64,000 bases of DNA from a virus, in IMG/VR virus record IMGVR_UViG_3300026521_000161, positions 1 through 64,000 of that record; one strand, given 5' to 3'. Within the stretch, counting starts at the first letter, position 1; each line of letters opens with the position of its first letter. Position numbers and translations under genes: made by a program. Shown here one piece after another: positions 59,310 to 64,000 of this stretch. The notes below the pieces were generated by a model. It was not told where the DNA came from. It did no database searches and saw only the letters and a program-made list of their open reading frames with translations.

Positions 59310-62300
59310 ATGGAAAAGTATAAGAGTTTAAAATACATTTATAATAATAGAACTAAGAGATATACCATATACATAGATAATGTAGATCTTATAAAAGATG
59401 GTATAAAACATATCATAGGTAGAAGTGCTAGTAGGATACTTATAATAAAAGATAAGAAGACACAGTTTGATATCTATAGTTTCTTCTTATTAGAGTTAGA
59501 GCATACATTAGAAACATTAAAAGAGACTAGACCGGACTTAGCTGTTAAGATAGGTGGTATAGTACTTAATGATCTTATGAGTTTCCTTAAGACTAAAACA
59601 TGGTTAGCTGAACGTAATCATAAATCAGTAGTTAACGTATTAGATTATAATAATATTAGATCAGTTATGAAATATACGTTATTACCTCACCAAGTAGAAG
59701 TATTTAAGAAATATGAAGTTGTTAAACGTATGGCTAACCTTAGAGGATTCATGATGGATCTAGGAGCTGGGCAAGGTAAGATGGAAAAGAATGGTACACC
59801 AGTTAAAACACCTACTGGTTGGACTAATATAGAAAAGCTTAAGGTAGGCGATAAAGTTATAGGTAGTAATGGCAGACCAACTACTGTAACTGGTGTGTTC
59901 CCGCAAGGTAGGTTACCGTTAGTTAGGTTAAAGTTTGAAGATAATAGATATAGCGATGTAGGGCATGAACATCTATGGAGTGTTTCTGTAAATAATAAAT
60001 GGTCTGTTATGAAAACTTCTAAAATAATGAAATACATAGATAAAGGAAAAGATATTTATATACCTCTTATAGATTATAAGGTAAATAAGAATGATGTAGT
60101 AGATGAGCATTATATACATCCTTACCTAGTAGGAGTTATATTAGCTAGCGGTAGTAAGGTTAAGTGTATTAATGTAACCATAGATAAGGAACATGATAAA
60201 GTTAAATCTATATTACCAGAAGAGTATAGTCTATATAAAGATATTAACACATATCACGATACGCATAACCATAGGTTATTTTATAATGGTAAAGGTGATT
60301 GTAAGATAACTAAGCAGCTAAAGAAACTCAATATCTTTAATGGTAGAGACATAGTACCGGCACTACCAGCTAGTTATGAACACGGTTCTTATCTGACTAG
60401 AGTAGAGTTACTTAATGGTATATTAAATACTTCAGGAACTAACACTAAAGGTAATATCACTTACACAGAAGTTAAAGATATAAAGCTAGCTAACGTTATA
60501 AAAAGATTAGCATGGACTTTAGGGGATATAGCTTCCATACGTAAAGTTATAAGAACTACTAGATTAGGTTATGAATATACAGCATATGTGGTTAAGATAG
60601 TTAAAGAAAAGATCATTAAGATAACTGGTTATACAGAGTTACCAGAGCATGAAGCAACATGTATATCTGTATCTGCTAAAAATAAACTATATGTTACAAA
60701 AGACTATATAGTAACACATAACACATTTTCTTCATTAGCGTTAGGTGAAGCTCTTTCTTATAACAATGTTATAGTTATAGCTCCTAGCGCTACCATAGAT
60801 GACGTATGGGTTAAATCTGTTACAAAAGAGTTATATAAATCACCACAGCCTTATTTTGTTCTTAATAGTAAAAATAGGGATTATAAAAAAGAAAGATTTC
60901 TGATAATGAGTTACGAGACATTAGATAAGGTTAATAAAGATAAGAAATTGTTAAGAATGCTTAAGAGACTTAATCCTATGCTGATAGTGGACGAGTTCCA
61001 TAACTTTAACAATATCAAGGCTTTAAGAACATTTAACCTTATGGAGTTTGTTAAGAGAGTTGATTTTCAAGATGTTGTATTACTAACAGGTACGCCTGTG
61101 AAGATGAGCCTTAATGAACTTAAACCTATGTTATATATACTAGACGATAAGTTTAAATCTATAGTAGATATGTATGATGATTTCTACAGAGGTAGATATG
61201 AAATGTTTAGGAATAGATTCGACGTATATAGGAAACATGTTCCTAAAGATACTAAATCATTACCTCCTATTAAAATATCTGAATATAGAGTACAAATACC
61301 AGATAGTGATAGATTTACTCTAAAGGTAATTAATGAAGAGATAAAAGAGTTTAAGCTTAAACGTATGGAAGAGATAATGAGTAAGATGGATATATATGAG
61401 TCTATATACGAAGCAGCTCTTAATGAAGTATTTGTTTCTATGGTTACGTCAGGTATTAAAAAAGGCGAAGCTAATAAGTTATTATCTGATTATAGGAAAC
61501 TAGTTAAGTCTATAAGAAAGTTTAATAAAGATAAAAAGTTATATATGGCTCAGAATGATATCATAAGTGCTCGAGAAATGGAAAAAGAGATAATTTTAAG
61601 TAATCTATCTAGTAAAAGTAAAAAAGCTTTTAAAGACGTTATAAGCATCATTAAGTATCCAGAGCTTAAAGTACTTGGTGAAGCATTGGGCAAAGTGTTG
61701 TTAGGTACTAGAATAAAGTGTTATAACGAATTAGCCAAACATATTAACTACAAGAACATCCTATTATTAACAGATAAGAAAGGTATCGTATTTAGTAATT
61801 ATGTTAGTACATGTAAAGTAGCTATAAATAAAGCTACTAAGGATGGTTATAAACCTGTAGGTGTATTTGGTGATTTAGTAGAGAAACTACCTGTTTCTGT
61901 TAAAGCGTTCAATGATTTAAAAGATAAGACAAATCCTATAGTAGCTACTTATAAATCATTATCAACCGGTGTTCCTTTAGTAGCTGGTAACATAGTTATA
62001 TTACTAGACACTCCTGTTAGGAATTATCTACTAGACCAATCTATATCTAGAGCATGGAGGATAGGTCAGGATAGACCAGTAGAGGTATTAATGGTTAAAT
62101 TAGATACTGAAGGTAAATTAAATATAACAGATAGAGACCATTATATTTTAAATATGTCTACACAGAATGTAGAAATGATAACAGGTAATGTTAACCCTTT
62201 CGAGATACCACAACAGATAATGATAGAGGATGATATAGTAGATGAAGAAGATGAAGCTATACTAGATATGGAAAATACAGTTAAAGAAGAACTTAAGTCA

Positions 62301-62399
62301 TCTTTATTAAATAATATTAATTCAAATATGGTTAGTACAGATGAAGATAATACGAGTGTGTTAGGTAATATAATAAATAAATTTAAGTTTAAATTATAA
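59310..62399 (+). CDS. SNF2-like SF2 helicase, intein-containing
   Basis: LPHQ, GAGQGK|T Walker A split by intein, DEFHN, LTGTP, LSTGV, QSISRAWRIGQ. Confidence 0.85.
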   Translation: MEKYKSLKYIYNNRTKRYTIYIDNVDLIKDGIKHIIGRSASRILIIKDKKTQFDIYSFFLLELEHTLETLKETRPDLAVKIGGIVLNDLMSFLKTKTWLAERNHKSVVNVLDYNNIRSVMKYTLLPHQVEVFKKYEVVKRMANLRGFMMDLGAGQGKMEKNGTPVKTPTGWTNIEKLKVGDKVIGSNGRPTTVTGVFPQGRLPLVRLKFEDNRYSDVGHEHLWSVSVNNKWSVMKTSKIMKYIDKGKDIYIPLIDYKVNKNDVVDEHYIHPYLVGVILASGSKVKCINVTIDKEHDKVKSILPEEYSLYKDINTYHDTHNHRLFYNGKGDCKITKQLKKLNIFNGRDIVPALPASYEHGSYLTRVELLNGILNTSGTNTKGNITYTEVKDIKLANVIKRLAWTLGDIASIRKVIRTTRLGYEYTAYVVKIVKEKIIKITGYTELPEHEATCISVSAKNKLYVTKDYIVTHNTFSSLALGEALSYNNVIVIAPSATIDDVWVKSVTKELYKSPQPYFVLNSKNRDYKKERFLIMSYETLDKVNKDKKLLRMLKRLNPMLIVDEFHNFNNIKALRTFNLMEFVKRVDFQDVVLLTGTPVKMSLNELKPMLYILDDKFKSIVDMYDDFYRGRYEMFRNRFDVYRKHVPKDTKSLPPIKISEYRVQIPDSDRFTLKVINEEIKEFKLKRMEEIMSKMDIYESIYEAALNEVFVSMVTSGIKKGEANKLLSDYRKLVKSIRKFNKDKKLYMAQNDIISAREMEKEIILSNLSSKSKKAFKDVISIIKYPELKVLGEALGKVLLGTRIKCYNELAKHINYKNILLLTDKKGIVFSNYVSTCKVAINKATKDGYKPVGVFGDLVEKLPVSVKAFNDLKDKTNPIVATYKSLSTGVPLVAGNIVILLDTPVRNYLLDQSISRAWRIGQDRPVEVLMVKLDTEGKLNITDRDHYILNMSTQNVEMITGNVNPFEIPQQIMIEDDIVDEEDEAILDMENTVKEELKSSLLNNINSNMVSTDEDNTSVLGNIINKFKFKL
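59781..60722 (+). mobile_element. Class-3 intein (314 aa, Met1) with degenerate LAGLIDADG domain
   Basis: GK|MEKNGTPV...HLW...ATCISVS...IVTHN|T; GVILASG and NGILNTSG lack the catalytic acidic residues. Confidence 0.85.
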
Positions 62400-62415
62400 A
62401 AAAAAAATAAAGTAA

Positions 62416-62441
62416 GCCATAGTGAGCGTTAGCTCACTATG
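62416..62441. terminator. Terminator hairpin between convergent genes
   Basis: CCATAGTGAGC-GTTA-GCTCACTATGG with A-run on plus side. Confidence 0.65.
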
Positions 62442-62444
62442 GTG

Positions 62445-63218
62445 TTATTTAAGTTTGTATGCATGTCTTCTAACGTTTGATAGCTCGCCGCACTCTATCT
62501 CACGGATTGTGATGTTACCAGCGAAACTTCTACCTAGATAGTAAGTAGCATCGTCAGTAAATACGATAGTGTCATTTTTCATATTGTTAGGTTTAAGACC
62601 AGCGTTTGGTAGCACTGTTGTTGGGTCTAATAATAATAATGTGTTACCATTTCTTAGTCTACTACTAGTAGGTAACTTAACGTTATCTAACTTCATGAAG
62701 TCAAGTTTGTATATAAATAATAATGGGATAACATCATCATCTACCTTAAAGTAACTCTCCATCTCTTTTAACACATCCTCAGAGAACGATTCTCTGTAAG
62801 GGAACTCTACGTTAGATAATAGTTTAGCAAATCTATCATCATTACGCATCAGGTTAGATACGAGTTCATTACGATCTTCCTCATAATCACCCATAACTAA
62901 TCTCGTTTGTGTTACTCTACCTTGCTCACTTGCATGGACATCACATAACCCACTAACTAGTTTCTTGTTAACGAAATTAGTCAATGCTGTGTTGTAAAAC
63001 TTACTTATATCTTTACGAACATCCTCTCTAACAACCGGGAAGTCTATCTTACTTTCCACCGCATCATCAAGTAGCATATAAGGACCTTTAAGTTCACCTC
63101 TTCTCACGTATTTAACAACAACAAATATACCGTTAAGTAAAACAGGCTCCCCTACGAGCATTTTGTTTACATCAGCATTTTTAACCATATCTTCTAAACT
63201 TTCTACAATGATCTCCAT
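62445..63218 (-). CDS. Hypothetical protein
   Basis: 257-aa ORF with AGGAG SD. Confidence 0.6.
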   Translation of the reverse strand: MEIIVESLEDMVKNADVNKMLVGEPVLLNGIFVVVKYVRRGELKGPYMLLDDAVESKIDFPVVREDVRKDISKFYNTALTNFVNKKLVSGLCDVHASEQGRVTQTRLVMGDYEEDRNELVSNLMRNDDRFAKLLSNVEFPYRESFSEDVLKEMESYFKVDDDVIPLLFIYKLDFMKLDNVKLPTSSRLRNGNTLLLLDPTTVLPNAGLKPNNMKNDTIVFTDDATYYLGRSFAGNITIREIECGELSNVRRHAYKLK

Positions 63219-63227
63219 GATCTTCTC

Positions 63228-63821
63228 CTATTTACTTTCTACAATAAATTTAAATGTTTTACCATCATTGTCTATGATGATTTTAAGTGTTTCGTCATCA
63301 CTCATGAACGGTAATAATTCACTACCGTGTTGTGGTTTATAACCAGCATCATAAAGACTTATAAGTTTATCACTTATAGTTTCTTTAACTGGTTCAATAA
63401 TTTCAGGTTCAGGGACTCTTTCTCTGGATCTAGGTTTATAATCTCTAGCAGAAGATCTATACTCTCTAGAACTCTCACGAGAGCTTCTACTACCACCTAT
63501 ACCTATAGAAGCAGAACTACTACCACCATATCTTTGCCCTCCTCTAGACGAACGTCTAGGTTCCTCATAAGAGGCACCAGCTCTGGACGGCATTCTTGGT
63601 GGTACGTCGTCGTAATAAGGATCTCTACCATATCCTCTATCTCTACCACCATAAGCAGGTTCTCTACCTACAGGTGGTCTACCAGCATCTAACGGCCTAC
63701 CCATATCATCACATTCCACCCAACGATCGTAATCGTCATATCTCCAAAATCGATTATAACGATCTACCCATACAACAGGTTGTTTGTATTCGTCCACTAG
63801 GAACGGTTCATAATCAGTCAT
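63228..63821 (-). CDS. Hypothetical protein with R/G/S/Y-rich disordered core, putative early gene
   Basis: YGGRDRGYGR, RRSSRGG, SRSSRESSRE; SD and early-type promoter. Confidence 0.65.
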   Translation of the reverse strand: MTDYEPFLVDEYKQPVVWVDRYNRFWRYDDYDRWVECDDMGRPLDAGRPPVGREPAYGGRDRGYGRDPYYDDVPPRMPSRAGASYEEPRRSSRGGQRYGGSSSASIGIGGSRSSRESSREYRSSARDYKPRSRERVPEPEIIEPVKETISDKLISLYDAGYKPQHGSELLPFMSDDETLKIIIDNDGKTFKFIVESK

Positions 63822-63865
63822 TACGACTCCTTCTTTTTTATATAAAATTAGTACACTGTACTATT

Positions 63866-63875
63866 TGAATAATAT
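63866..63875 (-). promoter_or_regulatory. Putative early promoter ATATTATTCA with TAGTAC-N3-GTACTA hairpin
   Basis: Shared motif. Confidence 0.6.
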
Positions 63876-63924
63876 GTGGATAAAAAAATGTAGAAATAAC
63901 GTAGCCGTTAAGCCACGTTATTCT

Positions 63925-64000
63925 TTATTCTATTTTGTCTGTTGGTTCTTCAGGTTCATCACCATCTTCTGGAGTTTCATCCACATTACCTTCAGTAGAT
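63925..64000 (-). CDS. Partial CDS, acidic C-terminus (..VDETPEDGDEPEEPTDKIE)
   Basis: Open frame from window edge ending before terminator-like hairpin. Confidence 0.45.
   Translation of the reverse strand, partial: STEGNVDETPEDGDEPEEPTDKIE

Noticed and set aside
1-64000. Stop-codon reassignment
   Set aside because: Long genes are intact under code 11 and end in TAA, TAG and TGA; the only breaks are explained by introns

Overview
This AT-rich 64-kb window comes from a phiKZ-like, nucleus-forming jumbo phage (Chimalliviridae-like). It encodes a clear chimallin (ChmA) homolog and four putative non-virion RNA polymerase subunits (gp123-, gp71-73-, gp74- and gp68-like). It also carries a probable PicA/Imp1 nuclear-import factor, major capsid protein, DnaB, a family-B DNA polymerase catalytic subunit, SbcD, two SF2 helicases, ThyX, MazG, a dNMP kinase and a virion head/baseplate block. 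Four self-splicing elements interrupt core genes. Two are closely related group I introns in the two nvRNAP beta subunits; one carries a 5x zinc-ribbon homing endonuclease in its P1 loop. The other two are Met1-initiated class-3 inteins in the Walker A motifs of both SF2 helicases. The sequence also shows a shared early-type promoter with a leader hairpin (7 copies), a candidate TTGAA late motif, an [A/G]-[N/T]-E head-protease motif, and two unexplained structured non-coding regions around 56.4-56.9 kb and 58.5-59.3 kb. phiKZ gp-number equivalences come from recalled motifs and synteny, not from a database search.
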